Shown piece by piece: positions 22,881-35,897 of a stretch of DNA of 64,000 nucleotides. The notes under the pieces were generated by a model. The model worked only from the letters and a program-made list of their open reading frames with translations, searched no databases and had not been told where the DNA came from. The translations under genes were made by a program, and so were the position numbers. Source of the DNA: Gnetum montanum (Eukaryota > Plantae > Gnetophyta); the NCBI GenBank assembly GCA_015680685.1, contig MNCI01003159.1:477751-541750 (forward strand), given 5' to 3'. How positions within the stretch are numbered: the first letter of the stretch is position 1; the number at the start of each line of letters is the position of its first letter.

Positions 22881-25800
22881 TGATGAAGCGCTATATATAG
22901 TCGATGCGTCAACTAGGCCACATATACATGGCCACGTTGACGCGGGCCTGTTGACGTAGCCTTCCTACGTCGATGTGACCCCGTTTATGCAATCGCCTAT
23001 CTCGGCCTATAAATAAGAGGGCCTTCCACCTCATTTAGGTAGCTTTGAGTAGTTGTAGCAAAGCTCTTGCATTTTGTTTCTGTAGGAGTTAGATTATTTT
23101 CCCAGTGCATGCATGTAGTGTGATGCTTGTAATTGTGTGGCACCTTTATTCGAGTGTGACGTACTTGGACGCGCACATGACCGAAAATAAAGATCAAGAT
23201 TACTTCATCATTACAGCATTCACTTAGTTTTAATTGTTTAATTATTATTGTTAATTGTTATTGTTATTTATTATTTTCTTAGTTAATATTTCTTTATCAT
23301 CATTTACTATTCCTGTTGTTAAATACGGAATGAGTACGACTTAATCACGAGCATTTAAGTGTGACTACTTGGCAACCCAGTAGCGTACCTAGGATCTACG
23401 CTTGGTAATCCCAGTAGTAGTCGTGCACGAGGTCCAAGATGTGTACGGATGATTAAGGGACAGATGCTCATCGCACTTAGGCTAGCTTAGACTTCATTTT
23501 CTATTACTTATTAGTTTAATTAAGATTATGTTCCATTGTCTCTAGGAGTAGCACTAATTTAGGATCACATCATACGCCTCACTTTGGACTAAACCATACG
23601 TGATAAAGCAAATACTAGTCTAGGTGGGAAGACAGCGAACTGCGATCAACGTGTAACTATCTAGATACCACAACTAGCCTATCCATGGAGTTCGACCGGA
23701 TCGTGCGTGAATGCTCATATTCGTATGGTTGAGTGTAGGGATACCTAGCCGCTAATCATTGGTGCCATTGTTGGGGACGGTGCTAGTTATCTAGATTAGT
23801 TATATCATACAAGATCACTGTAACAAGCCTTGATGATATATCTTTCAGAAAATAATAATAATAATTGTAATTAAATCACATACAAACTTACAACCATGTC
23901 TCTCCTACAAGCTCCTACAAGACTATAATATTGCCACATGGAGAGACATGTTGATCCTCACATACCATCTTACGGTCAAAAGTACCATAGTGGGTCAACT
24001 CCTTATAAATTAACCACATCTTATAACTTGCCCCACTATGTCAACTCTAATCAAGTGTGTGAACCCCAATGGGGTAAGTACGACCAAGTCCTAATATTTT
24101 CAACATGCAAGGATCCCCACCTTCCATTTATTAATTCTAGCCATGCTCAACCGTTTAGTTATGGGGGGTATTCCCCATTCTGACAACACAGAATTAATAA
24201 ATGTTTTTCTAATTCTTTAATTTTTCAACTTTTTGTTTTCCAGTTTTTCACTTTTTAATTTATTGTTTTATCTTTTTGTCTTTTTATCTTTTTATGAGTA
24301 ATCTCATCTACGAATAAAACACTCATGTGACTCATTGGTTGAGGTGTTATTCTATGCTATCAAGTCTCAAGTGATCAATTATTTGGACAGTGAGCCCATT
24401 ACACCCACTCATCCACTCTATAAATAAGAGGTTCTGTTCGAGGGTACAGTGATATTCTTGACATTCTTAAGACTTAAAATTAATTTTGTGCTCATTATGC
24501 CTAGAGTGAAGAATGATGGACTAAGAGGGAATGACCAGGGTGTGACATCAAGGGAACTTGTGGATTCTTTTTGGTGACATTTGTAGGTGCTATCATGCAA
24601 CTTGGTTATACTAAGATCCTTGTAGATCTAACGAAAAATGGGAGTAAGAGTATTAAAGGCACCCAATAAAACAAAAAATAAAAAAAATAAAAAATAAAAA
24701 TAAAAATAAAAAGAGAGAGAAGAAAGTGTGCCAAAGTGGCCAAACAAAAAGTATGTCGCAAAGAAGTTCCAAGTCACTCCTCCCTTGCACAAAATGCCAA
24801 GTGATCGTACGCCTTGCTGTCATGGTACTCTTATGGTTGTCCATCATTGGATGAAACGATGCGATGTCACTGATCAAAGGAATGGACTTGGTCCTAATCT
24901 TGGAATGATGGGTTAATAACAACTTAATCATGCTTTACACGCAAGATTCATTGTGCCCTGCGTTAGTTACCTCACGTCCTAATCTCTGCAATCCCTTCTC
25001 CAATTCATTCCATCTCGCTATTCGTGTATTTGTGACTCGTGTCTTGTATAACATTGAATTCATATCTCATCATGGTGGTATCGACATGTGTGTGTTTTGT
25101 TGCATCGGTATAGATTGCATTTAACCCTGCTAGTGCCTACGGACATTTTAAGGTGTGGTTACGTAAGGGCATTATAGGTTAGAACCTGCTTTGGGGAGAA
25201 CCCACTTGCGTGAATTTTGTAATATGTACTTGTTGCAAGCCACCACATCATCTTATACCCTTCGAGTACTTCATTGCCAAATCTATTATTTCCTTTGTCA
25301 TCATTTTATCAAATGTTCCTCAAAACCAGGTCTGACATTCAACTTTTGGGGTAACTTCCTTAACAAATTTCTAACTCTAAAATCACACTAAGTAAAGAAT
25401 TCAACATTTATTAAAGGTAATGAGTAAGGTATGAAATCATTGAACTTTTTTCAATAACCTTACTAACAATTGATCCTAGACAACAAGGAGGACCTTCTCA
25501 AGGTGCAACCGAATGACCTGGGGGAGGCAGAGGCCGAGGACCTCATGCAAAACATGCAGAGCAGAAGTCCATCATTCAGCATCCATCATGAAACTCCTGT
25601 TACTGCATAATCTATCCAAGAAAAGGGAGGAGAGGCCAGGGCCCGAGCCTATGAAGAGGAACGACAACTATTTGCAGCATGGCATGTTAAGGCCAATCAA
25701 GTGTTCCTGCAGTTGCCATGTCCATGAAAAGTGCCGACTCCATCAAACATTGGAACATTAGCATGGACGGCTCATAATCCTCAAATGGAAGAGGAGAAAT

Positions 25801-26857
25801 GTCAGGTGCTTCTTCAATGGTATCAATCTCAGAAGCCTGATGCACAGGACAAAGGAAAGGCACCCATGGAGGAGCCACCACTACCGGGAATCCCATGAGT
25901 TCCACAAATTTTGTCATTTTATGTCTGTGTCCAAATTTTGTTTAATTCTCCACTGTGGCATGAATCAATTTCTAGTTAGTCAATAATCCCATACCTATCC
26001 ACTATGTATTCCATTGAGCTTGTTCCTCACCTTCTTTGACTCGAGGACAAGTTTTTACTCAGTCGTGGGGGTATGCTGAAGTGCTATATATAGTCGATGC
26101 ATCGACTAGACCACATATACGCGGTCGCGTTGATGTGGGCCCGTCGATGTAGCCTTCTTGCGTCGATGTGGCCCCATTTACACAGCCGCTTATCTCGGCC
26201 TATAAATAAGAGGGCCTTCCCCCTCATTTAGGCAGCTTTGAGTAGTTGTAGCGAAGCTCTTGCATTTTTTTTCCATAGGAGTTAGATTATTTTCCCAGTG
26301 CATGCCCGCAGTGTGATGCTTGTAATTGTGCAACATCTTTATTCGAGTGTGACGTACTTGGACGCACACATGACCAGAAATAAAGATCGAGATTACTTCA
26401 TCATTGCAGCATTCACTTAGTTTTAATTATTATTTTTAATTGTTATTGTTATTTATTATTTTCTTAGTTAATATTTCTTTATCGTCATTTACTATTCCTG
26501 TTGTTAAANNNNNNNNNNNNNNNNNNNNNNNNNNNNNNNNNNNNNNNNNNNNNNNNNNNNNNNNNNNNNNNNCACTTAGGCTAGCTTAGACTTCATTTTC
26601 TATTGCTTATTAGTTTAATTAAGATTATGTTCCATTGTCTCTAGGAGTAGCACTAATTTAGAATCACATCATACGCCTCACTCTGGACTAAACCATACGT
26701 GACAAAGCAAATACTAGTCTAGGTGGAAAGACAACGAATTACAATCAACGTGTAACTATCTAGATACCACAACTAGCCTGTCCACGAAGTTCGACCGAAT
26801 CGTGTGTGAACGCTCGTATTCATATGGTTGAGTGTAGGGATACCTAGCCGCTCATCA
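22881..26857 (+). mobile_element. Complete non-autonomous Athila-type element lacking gag and pol
   Basis: LTRs 22881-23758 and 26074-26857. TSD CCAGC/CTAGC. PBS TTGGTGCCATTGTTGGGGAC. PPT GTGGGGGTA. Internal region colinear with the 9427-15432 element except for a ~1.7 kb gag deletion at ~23937. Confidence 0.92.
25481..25898 (+). pseudogene. Second copy of the mini accessory ORF (splice acceptor and ATG deleted)
   Basis: QQGGPSQGA...RQLFAAWHVKANQVFLQLPCP*KVPTPSNIGTLAWTAHNPQMEEEKCQVLLQWYQ...DKGKAPMEEPPLPGIP*. Confidence 0.75.
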
Positions 26858-27741
26858 CTAGCTGTTCAGAAAAGAATAACCACAATGAAAATGAAGTAGC
26901 TATTATAGGAAATTTGACATTAGTGAATGATTGGGACTTACACTTAATCAAGGTTGATATTTCAACATTTTTCAACTACAAGAAAAGCATCCCAAGTTTC
27001 AATGAACTTAGGTTCTATCATGATATTTTCATTACTACCTTAGATATTTGTCTTAGCTCAAATATTACTTCTATCACAACCCAACATTTAAAATTTTTCA
27101 TCATTGTTGAAAATAATAAGCCTTTTAACCTAGTCTATTTCATGAATACTCAATTGTCGAAAGGTATATTAAATACCATAACCAAAAACACCCAGTTTAA
27201 CATGAGTTAATTTTTGTTAGACCATGTTTTGGCTAGAACACTAAGTCCTGAGAGACTCTGGCCCATTGTTTCCTAATATGCTAAAGAGAGAAAAGTACAG
27301 AAGAGATGGCCATATTATGATTTTTATCCTATTATCTACCATAAAGACTATATGGATGCCCAGGCTCTTGAGTTTCTTATGAATGTTGTTTATCCACTTT
27401 TGTATTAATTTCTTATTGATCGAATAGTGCATAGAATGGAACAAGTCATGGTAGAGCAAATTAGGACCAAGTGAAAAGGGGGAATTTTCTTCCATGTTCA
27501 TTACACAAAGATAATTGTAGGAGGATTTAAAGGAAGCCCAAGAAAACTGACACAAATTATAGCCCCTTATTTGGTACCTCTGGGAGTTGGCAAATAGATC
27601 TAGAATAGTCCACTATAACATGAGTACATGGTATTGTAGGTTTTTCCTCGACAGATTGATTTTTAGTATTTTTAGGAACACCCCTCATATAGTAAACATA
27701 GGTGCCAAATTTGAGAAAGCATCTTTTCCAAAGGCTAAACA

Positions 27742-28994
27742 TGAGGATTTTAGAACTTAGAAGGGGGGATGAATAAGTTCCCCAAATCAAACCTTGATGA
27801 AACAAAACACACACACGAATTTACTTAGTTTCCCAACTTGGGTACTTTACACTAGGAGGGTAGATCACAAGCACACCTCCAAACTTTGTTGCTCTCAAAA
27901 TGTGGTTGAAGGGTCCACACCTTGTATAGTCCTGAGCTTTGCACTGAAGTGTTGTACCAATCACTAAACCCCACAAGGTCCCGTCGGGCTTGGAAATGTG
28001 ATTCAAGGCTTCCACAACCTTTATAATCTTAAGCTCTGCATCGAAGTGTTGTACTGTAGCACCAACAACTCATGCCTACAGGATCCCAACAAGCACAAGC
28101 ACATCAACCCCATAAGGCAACAAGAATAAGAATTACAAGGGATAATTGCAACTCAGTTTGCTAATCCTGGTACACTTAGGTACAACACACTTTACAATGT
28201 CAAAATGATAATACAATGAGGAGCAACATAGAATTCAATGATTACAAATATTTGTACAATGAATACAACAAGGCTTACACATTTCACAATGCACATCAAG
28301 TCTTATTATAGTTATCGTATTTCTAAATCCATTTTGGAAATTGTGCAACAACTAGGTAATGATCACTAACGATCATGGGAGATGTCTTTCTCGTGCTTGA
28401 GAAGTCTCTCTGAATTTGCCTTTAATTCTAAGAAGACATCTTTGTTTCCTGAAAGACGTGTTTGTGCAGTCTCCATTCTAGAAGACATCTTTGTCTTATG
28501 GAAGACTTCTTTCTGAACTTGGTCTGCATTCTATAGAGACATCTTTGCTTCATGAAAGATGTCTTTGTCTAAGAAAGACATCTTGCTATTTTTGAAGATG
28601 TCTTTGTTTGAGTTTACTCCAATTCTACCAAGTCATCTACTACTTCTCAAAGATGTCTTTCTTCATCTTGCTTTGCATGATGAAGCCTTTGTTCTTTGTC
28701 TATAGCCTTGATCTTCTGCATGCTTTAATGATGTCAACTTTGCTTGTATAATATCATGTCCTTGTCCACATTCTTTAGAATTCTTGCATGATCATTTGAA
28801 GACCATGTGGAAGGCCTCCTCCTTTGAGCTTAAACATTTTGCTCCTTATCCTCTTTAGCTCATTATACATAGTCCTACAAACACAATAACCATACAATCA
28901 TGTAAACAACATTTGACTCCATTTTACTTAATGTTTTTACACATAACAAAACACACTAAAAGGTTTACAAAACATAGGTAGTACAATCCTAACA
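27742..28994 (-). mobile_element. Solo LTR, copia SIRE-like
   Basis: TG...CA termini, with an AGGGGGGATGAATAAG motif near one end (reverse of the SIRE U5 ATTCACCCCCCT signature). AAGACATCTTT repeats at 28380-28660. Approximate TSD AACAT/AAGAT. Interrupts the Tat LTR ORF. Confidence 0.7.
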
Positions 28995-31460
28995 AAGATT
29001 TTAGAAAGGATCATGAGCATTAGGAAAATGATGTTATGTATTCTTTGATAAGTGATGAGCTAGTAAATTTACCCAAGCAGTAGGAAAAAGATCAATTAAG
29101 AAGAACTCTCTCTATAATCCTACCTAAGGAGAAATATAAGGAAATAGAGGTCTTGAGCAATAGGTGGTTTGAGGAAGAAAATCATATATTGGATAGGTGG
29201 CTTAATCAAGCTCAATTAGACAAGTTGAAAGAAAACTATTTTCCATGGCAAATCGGTAGGCAGATGAAGCCTTGGACTCAAAATCTTTCACTTGGTTCAC
29301 CGAAGTTTAAGAACAAAGAAAGAAGTAACTAGAAATTATTTTTGATAAGAAAATGCTTATAGGAAAAGAGAAGCCATCATCAAAAATTATGAAGACTAGT
29401 ACTGGCTTTTCATCATTCAAGGCCTTAACCCTTTCAGATTTTCCTTTGGGATACATTATTAAAGGTGGACCAAAATCTATAAAGGTTAAAACTAATGAAG
29501 GACAACTGATCCTCGAGCAACAACATATAGAAAGGCAAGATGTTCAATAATCAATTATCTTTTAATCCAAATAGTTAGATCCAAAAATAGGTAGCACAAA
29601 AATTATTATGTCTCATCATGAATTAGTAGAAAATATGTCTACAGTTATTGTTGATTATTCAAGTACTTCTAATGAGACTATTAGGGAGTAGCAATAAGAG
29701 ACCAAAAGGTTGAGGAATTCGTATCATTTCATGTAGTTACATTTTGATATTTTAAAGAACCATTTTGAAGAGCAAGTAAAGATATCCCAAATTGAAGAGG
29801 CCAATATAGGAGCTTTTAAAATGGAAAATATAGAATTGCACAAAGATTTGGCCAAGAAGAATCAAAGACTTCAAGTAGAAGATTTAAAATAAGAGGATAA
29901 CTTCAAATTTTTTATAAATGAATTTACAACCATGAAACAATAAGCAGAAGTAGCCATGACCAATATTAATGAAATGAATAGTAGGAAAGAAGGTTTTAAG
30001 AAAGTTGTTACAACCACTAATGATTTCATGAGCTAGACTAATGGAAAAAGAGACAAATTACTTGAAATAGAAATGAAATTCCTAGATGATGTAATAAATG
30101 GCAATGTGCACTAAGTTAAATGGATTAGAAGGTTTGACATAGACCTTATTGATACTTTAGATAGGATGGAAGGATGTGAGAGTAACATAAATAAATCCAT
30201 CAATGCCATGATGATAAGTAATGACAAACTATTAGTAGAAATGATAGTAAAGGCTTTATCTATTAATAATGCAAAAGAAATGGTCGAGGAATTGTTACTA
30301 CTAACAAGAAAAGTTATTTTAAAAGCATAGTACAATGAGAAGATAATCATGTTAAAGAATTCTTAGCAAAGACCCCAACAGTTGTAGAAGTCCAAAAGAA
30401 ATTGGTCCTTTTAAACTTCCTTAAAGATGCTGTTGAAAAGAAAGTGGCTAGTAGTTCATCATAACTATCTTGTAACCTCTTTGCAATTTTAATTAAATCA
30501 GTTATAACTAATCTTTCATGTTTTATCTATAAAAGACATGACCTTTTGTAAATGAGGGGAAGAAAATTTGAAAAAAGAATACTAAAGAAGTACTTATAAA
30601 ATGGCATTCTAATTTCAACAACAATTTAGTTGCTTTGCTTTTATTTTGTGAGTTCATGTGCTTTTTATTATGTCTTAGTTACTTAGCTAATAGTTTAGAT
30701 AGTACAGTGCTTGGTATTCAATCTTGGGATTGTTTGATTACTTTGATAGCCCTAATTTCTGCAATTCTTGACATCTATTAACTAGTCATATAACAACTTG
30801 TATTTTTCCTTTAAAAAGCATTCTGAGTAGTTTAATAATATAGTCTTTTACAAAATTTCTTATTTGAGTCCAAAGGATCTTGATAATCTCTGATATCTTG
30901 GGCTAATTTGAAATAGCTTTACTTTCAAAGTGTTTCCTCATGTTCATTTTTTCTCGCTTAAAAATTTTAAGATTTTACACAAATCTACTTTTACATCTTT
31001 CCTTAAATCCATTGAATTAGGCTCTATTTCCATTTTCTTGTGGAATTTTCTCTAGGGAAAACTATGAATAGATTTTTGCTTAATTGTGCTTAAGCATTTT
31101 AGTGAAAGTTTATTTGTTTCAAGTAACGTACAATTAAGACTATCTAGACTAAGTAGCTTTGACATAATAGGAGCTTTTAATCTCATAGTTTATGGAAAAG
31201 TTAGCTGAATTTCTATCATAATAACCAATTACAGTTTAATACACTATATGAGTCATTTTAATGTTTTCAACAACAACCACACATTAGTTTGTTCTATTAC
31301 CACTAAATTTGTTTAGAGGTATTCGGGCCTAGGTGTTTTCCAGAGATCAACAAACACTTAAACTCAAGTTTGAAAGAACTTCCAGTCTAAGTGATTTTAG
31401 TCATAAAGTTAGGGACCACAAAGCTAGTGATAGGAAGGGAGTCCTAAGTGATCACCAATA

Positions 31461-34400
31461 CTTGGTTTTAACCAAAACCAAGTATGATGGAGCTTCCAAA
31501 AGAAAGATCCCAAGGAAGGTTGACTATTTTCCTTTCATCACTTAACTAGTTTCTGCATCACATTTAGGCTACATATGTATATATCCCACATAATATATAG
31601 GATGCATAGGATTTTATACTTTTAAGCCTTAAGCTTAATTATACTTTTTTCCAAAAAATATTTTCTTTCCAAATTTTAGTTTACAACTCTTGTAGCTATC
31701 ATTGTACAAAGTGTCACTATACATCAACCCATCAAGTTGAATATAATATTTTCTTTCCAAGTCTCTAGTATAATGTTTATGGAGGAAAAGGAGGGCAGGA
31801 AATGTTATCATATTTCAGCAATAAATGAAGCAAGGCTTAAGTCTTGGGTTCCTGATGGTTTGTATTAGCTTAACTTTTTCATAAAAGAGGACTTTGAATT
31901 CCAAAATGATTCAAGAATTGTAATTAAAGGAAACGAAAGCTCAGGCTTTAATCGTGATTTTGGGTTTTTTTCTTAAAGATTTAAGCTTAGATTATTGGAA
32001 AATGGGGGTTTAGCATTTAAGCTTGAAAATAAAAGCCTCTATATTGAAAGAACATGTGTAAGTGCGTAAAATATTTTCAAGTTCTTGCAGAAGAGCTTAT
32101 GGCATAACAATGGAGCTTGTATTATTGGATTTATTTCTTTGCATGATTTCCATGATTTTTAGAAAATAATTATGCATGTAATGAGATTGGGGAAATTTGG
32201 TTGCATCCTATTTGTGTGAAAGCAAGCTCTAATCAGAGATAAAACCTAAGGGAAGTCCCAATAGAGATGTTGTAAAGCTTAAAGTCTTTATGCTAAAGAG
32301 TTTTAGCTAAGTGAACAATCCCAAAATATCCTATTGTATTAAGATCATGAAGTTTTAGAGCTGGAATTTCAAATTAACTTTAAACTATGTTAGCTATCAA
32401 AGGTAGAGCTTACACGAGTTCTAACTAACTCAAGCATGCAAGATGAGAACATTATAAATGAAGTTATAGAGCTCGAAGAATAGTTTTTTGATATAGGATC
32501 AACATTAGAACAAATAGTTAAGCACTAAGCAAAACTCTCATTTGAGGAAAAAGAGGCTCAAGCTAAATCCAAGAAGGGTTTGTTAAAGTATGTTGACACA
32601 TCAGCTTGTCTAGGAAAATTTTGGTTCAATGAAGAGCATGAAAAATGGCCCTGCCACATTAGCTCATAGAAGAAGTTCATTGAGCTAAAAAAATGGCTCT
32701 ATAAGAAAAGCTCTTCTAGTTCTATCATGATACCTTCAGTAGGTGGAAAAATACCTATAAAGCTTAAAAAGCAATTCAATATGTTTGTCATGTCAGCTCA
32801 TGAAGAAGGTTCATGGGGCTTAAACTTCATTCTACAAAGAAGCTCTACAAAGCAACTGAAGTAAGTCATGACATGTCAGCATATAAAGGAAGCTCATAGA
32901 ACTAAAAAATAGCTCTACAAGATGCCTCTACCATGTTAGTGCTTTTGCCAAGTTATCTCTAGAAGAATGAGTGATGTTCATAGAGTCAAAATTCAACCTT
33001 ATAAGCCAAGCTTGTTGCACCCTTCCATGTCAGCTTGTAGAGTTAAAAAATGGCTCTATGAAGAAGCTCTACCATGTTAGCCAAACTTGTTATGCCCTTT
33101 CATGTCAACTCATAAAGGAAGCTCATAGAATTAAAAAATGGCTTTGTGAGGTAGCTCTACTAGGTCAACGCCACACCACATTAGCTTGTAGATCCAATGC
33201 GTACAACCAAATTTCCACTCTTAAAGAGAGCCTTGCCATGCCAACAAAGCTCAACACAATTTGTCACATCAACAAATGGATGAAACTCATCTTCTCATTT
33301 AGAGCAAACACACTTCATCTACCATGTTAGCTATGTCACATCAACAACTACCATGTCAGCATATAGATGAAGATTTATGAGCTCATGAGAAGTGAAAGCT
33401 TCATCTACCATGTTAGCATAATTCAAAGTACTTTGCCACATTAGCATTGTGCCAAGTCAACTTTTAGAGTTAGTTTGTAGAATTAGAATTTAGTTCTACT
33501 TAAGAGCTCTACCACATCTTTAGCTTCTAACAATAAGCTGAAAGAATCAAAATCTAGTTATACAAACAAGCTCACTCTACCATTCCACCATGTTAGCTAG
33601 TAGAGGAGAAGGGTGGATTCATGAAACCGAAACAAGTTCTATAAATTGGTTCTATGAGCTACTTCAACTTTACAAATCCACTATGCCATGTAAGCTCCAA
33701 ACTTAGCTTAGGTTCATAGAACCAAAATCTAGGTCTATAAAGAAGCTCTACCATGTCAACTCACTCGCAGAGCTAGTTCATAGAATCAATTGTTTGTTCT
33801 ATGAGTGCGCTCTACCACATTAGCATATGCCGCATCAACATTAGCCATGACTACATCTACCATGTTAGCATTTAGATGAAGTGCATCTTTCCATCTAGAG
33901 TAAACACACTTCATCTACCACGTTAGTTATGCCATGTCACCAAATAGATGAAACACATAGTTTCATCTAGATGGAAAAGTTTCATCTAATAGTGTCATAT
34001 GTCATGTCAATGCCACATCACGTTAGCAAATCTCAACTCACTACCCCACACTTGCATCTAGATGAAAGATGAAATTTCAATTTAGACGGAAATTTTGTCT
34101 AAGCTTCGCATGGATAAGCATTAGAAGGCCCAATGATAGCTCAAATAGAAATTAAAGCTAGGTGTATTTTATCTAGATAATGAGACCTCATCTAAATAGC
34201 TTCATCTACCATGTTACCGTAGTAGATCTTCAGCTCCAATGTTTTAGCCCTGCCATGTTAGCTTGTCTAAAAAGCAAACTCACAGATTCAAAAAACAAGC
34301 TATAAAAATTATCTACTACATTAGCACCAAGTGACATGAAAGATTTGCATATCGGTTGCTTTGAAGATGTGAATTCGTAAAGCCAACAATGGTTTTATGA

Positions 34401-35897
34401 ATAAGCTCTAGTTTTAACTCCAAAGCTAAGGACAACACTGAAAAGAAGCTATAGTTATTACTCCCTAAGCTTTAATAATGTTGAATAGCAAGCTACAAGT
34501 AGAACTACCATTGAAGCTTAAAGCAGAGTGCACAAAGCCGCCATTAAATCATAGAGCCATCATGAGGAAAACAAGATATAAAATAAAGAGGAACGAAAAT
34601 TAAAGAGTTAACGAAAAGTCATTACTCTAGTACACATAGAATTACGATAGTTATTGGGATTATGATTGAAGTTACTAAGAAGAAAGCTTGGATTCATACT
34701 CACATGAGAGCTACTTCAACAGAAACAACAAATTTCATAATTGAATCAGTTATGGGAGAAAGAGTGCTAAAATAAGCTTTAAAGAAGCTTAATGACTTTG
34801 GACTAAAATGCAATGAATTTTTCCAAGGAAAAGCTCTATTAACTTGTGAAAATTACTAGTTGAGGAACTCTAGATTTAAAGAATGAGGAAAAATCTATAA
34901 AAAATGGACAATTGTCCAATGTCTGCAATTATATGAGTAGAATGTGTAGAATATGGATCTTAACTTTTATATGATCATAACTATTAGAGGCTTCTATATA
35001 AAGCCCAAGACAGACTTATTCATCAAATAGGATGCAAGTGAGGGAATAATTCTGGAAAAGCTAGAAGCGATTTCTCGTATGATGGCATTCTAACTTCAAA
35101 TTTGATTCAGCTAATTCACTTTTGTCCTCTAAGTTAATTCTTATTTCCCTGCTTTATCATAGTTGCTTAGCTAGTGGTGAAGATTGTATTGTGCCTGACA
35201 TCTTGCTATTGGAATTATTTAAATTTCTTTAATAGCTCTAGGTTTAGCAATTTTTGGCATTTGTTGATTGATTTGAAATATATTGAGTTTTCAAAGTGTT
35301 TATTTGTGTCAAAAATGGTCCATTTTAAATTTCTTGTTTGATCCAAAGGGCTTAGCAATTTTTGGTATTATTGACTAATCTGAATAGCTTTATTTTCAAA
35401 GTGTTTACTCATATCAATAGTACCTCATTTCAATGTTTAAGAATTTTCACAATTTTGCTATTTTACTTTTCAAAATCTAATGAATCTTGCTCTGTTTCCA
35501 ATTTTCTCTCTAGGGAAGATTGGAATAGATTTTTTGGAATTGCGCTTAAGCACTAAATGAAACACTAGTTTGTATAGGCAATGTATAATCTAGACTATAT
35601 AGACTCAGTAGCTTTGATATAGCAGGAAAATTTTACTCACTTGCAAAATGAAGTAAAGATGGCTAAATCTTCTGTTAAAAGTGATTTTATCTATTTAACT
35701 CTTAATACATGATATTGTAAAATTAGTACTTAATGATAGCTTAAAAAACATCATTTTCTCTAAAACCACCAAATTTATTTGAAGGTATTTGGGCCTAAGT
35801 ATTTGCAAAGACCAGCAAACACCTAAACTCGAGTTTTCCTTGTGATTTTCATCATTAGGAAGAGAACAACGTTGGTGGTCCAAAGTTGGTTTCAATA
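31461..35897 (+). mobile_element. 3' end of Tat-type element 2: PPT (31781-31802) and ~4.1 kb 3' LTR (31803-35897)
   Basis: GGAGGAAAAGGAGGGCAGGAAA is followed by TGTTATCATATTTC, resembling TGTTGGCATATTTC at 203. TATA at ~34995 and the shared R/U5 follow. It ends at TCAATA directly before an Athila RNase H ASNYA motif. Confidence 0.75.
32590..34330 (+). repeat. Array of ~30 CCAYRTYAGC motifs in LTR U3
   Basis: Variants CCATGTCAGC, CCATGTTAGC, CCACATTAGC and CCACGTTAGT, interspersed with AGCTCTA and CATCTA motifs. Confidence 0.8.

Larger units (their letters stand above)
22560..30464 (+). pseudogene. Large degenerate accessory ORF inside the Tat LTR (segments 22560-22880, 26863-27741, ~29000-30464)
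   Basis: MKRKRNSHS...VANISPKKSYELYGVSLP|...KPFNLVYFMNTQLSK...FNMS*FLL, then a long coiled-coil-like stretch ending KVASSSS*. The C-terminal ~320 codons are duplicated at 5335-6306. Confidence 0.6.
21272..31460 (+). mobile_element. Probable 3' LTR of Tat element 1 (~5 kb after removing nested inserts); 5' boundary tentative
   Basis: GGTGGGGGTAA (PPT-like) followed by TG at 21272. 29492-31460 repeats 5335-7305 and ends at CACCAATA. Confidence 0.55.
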
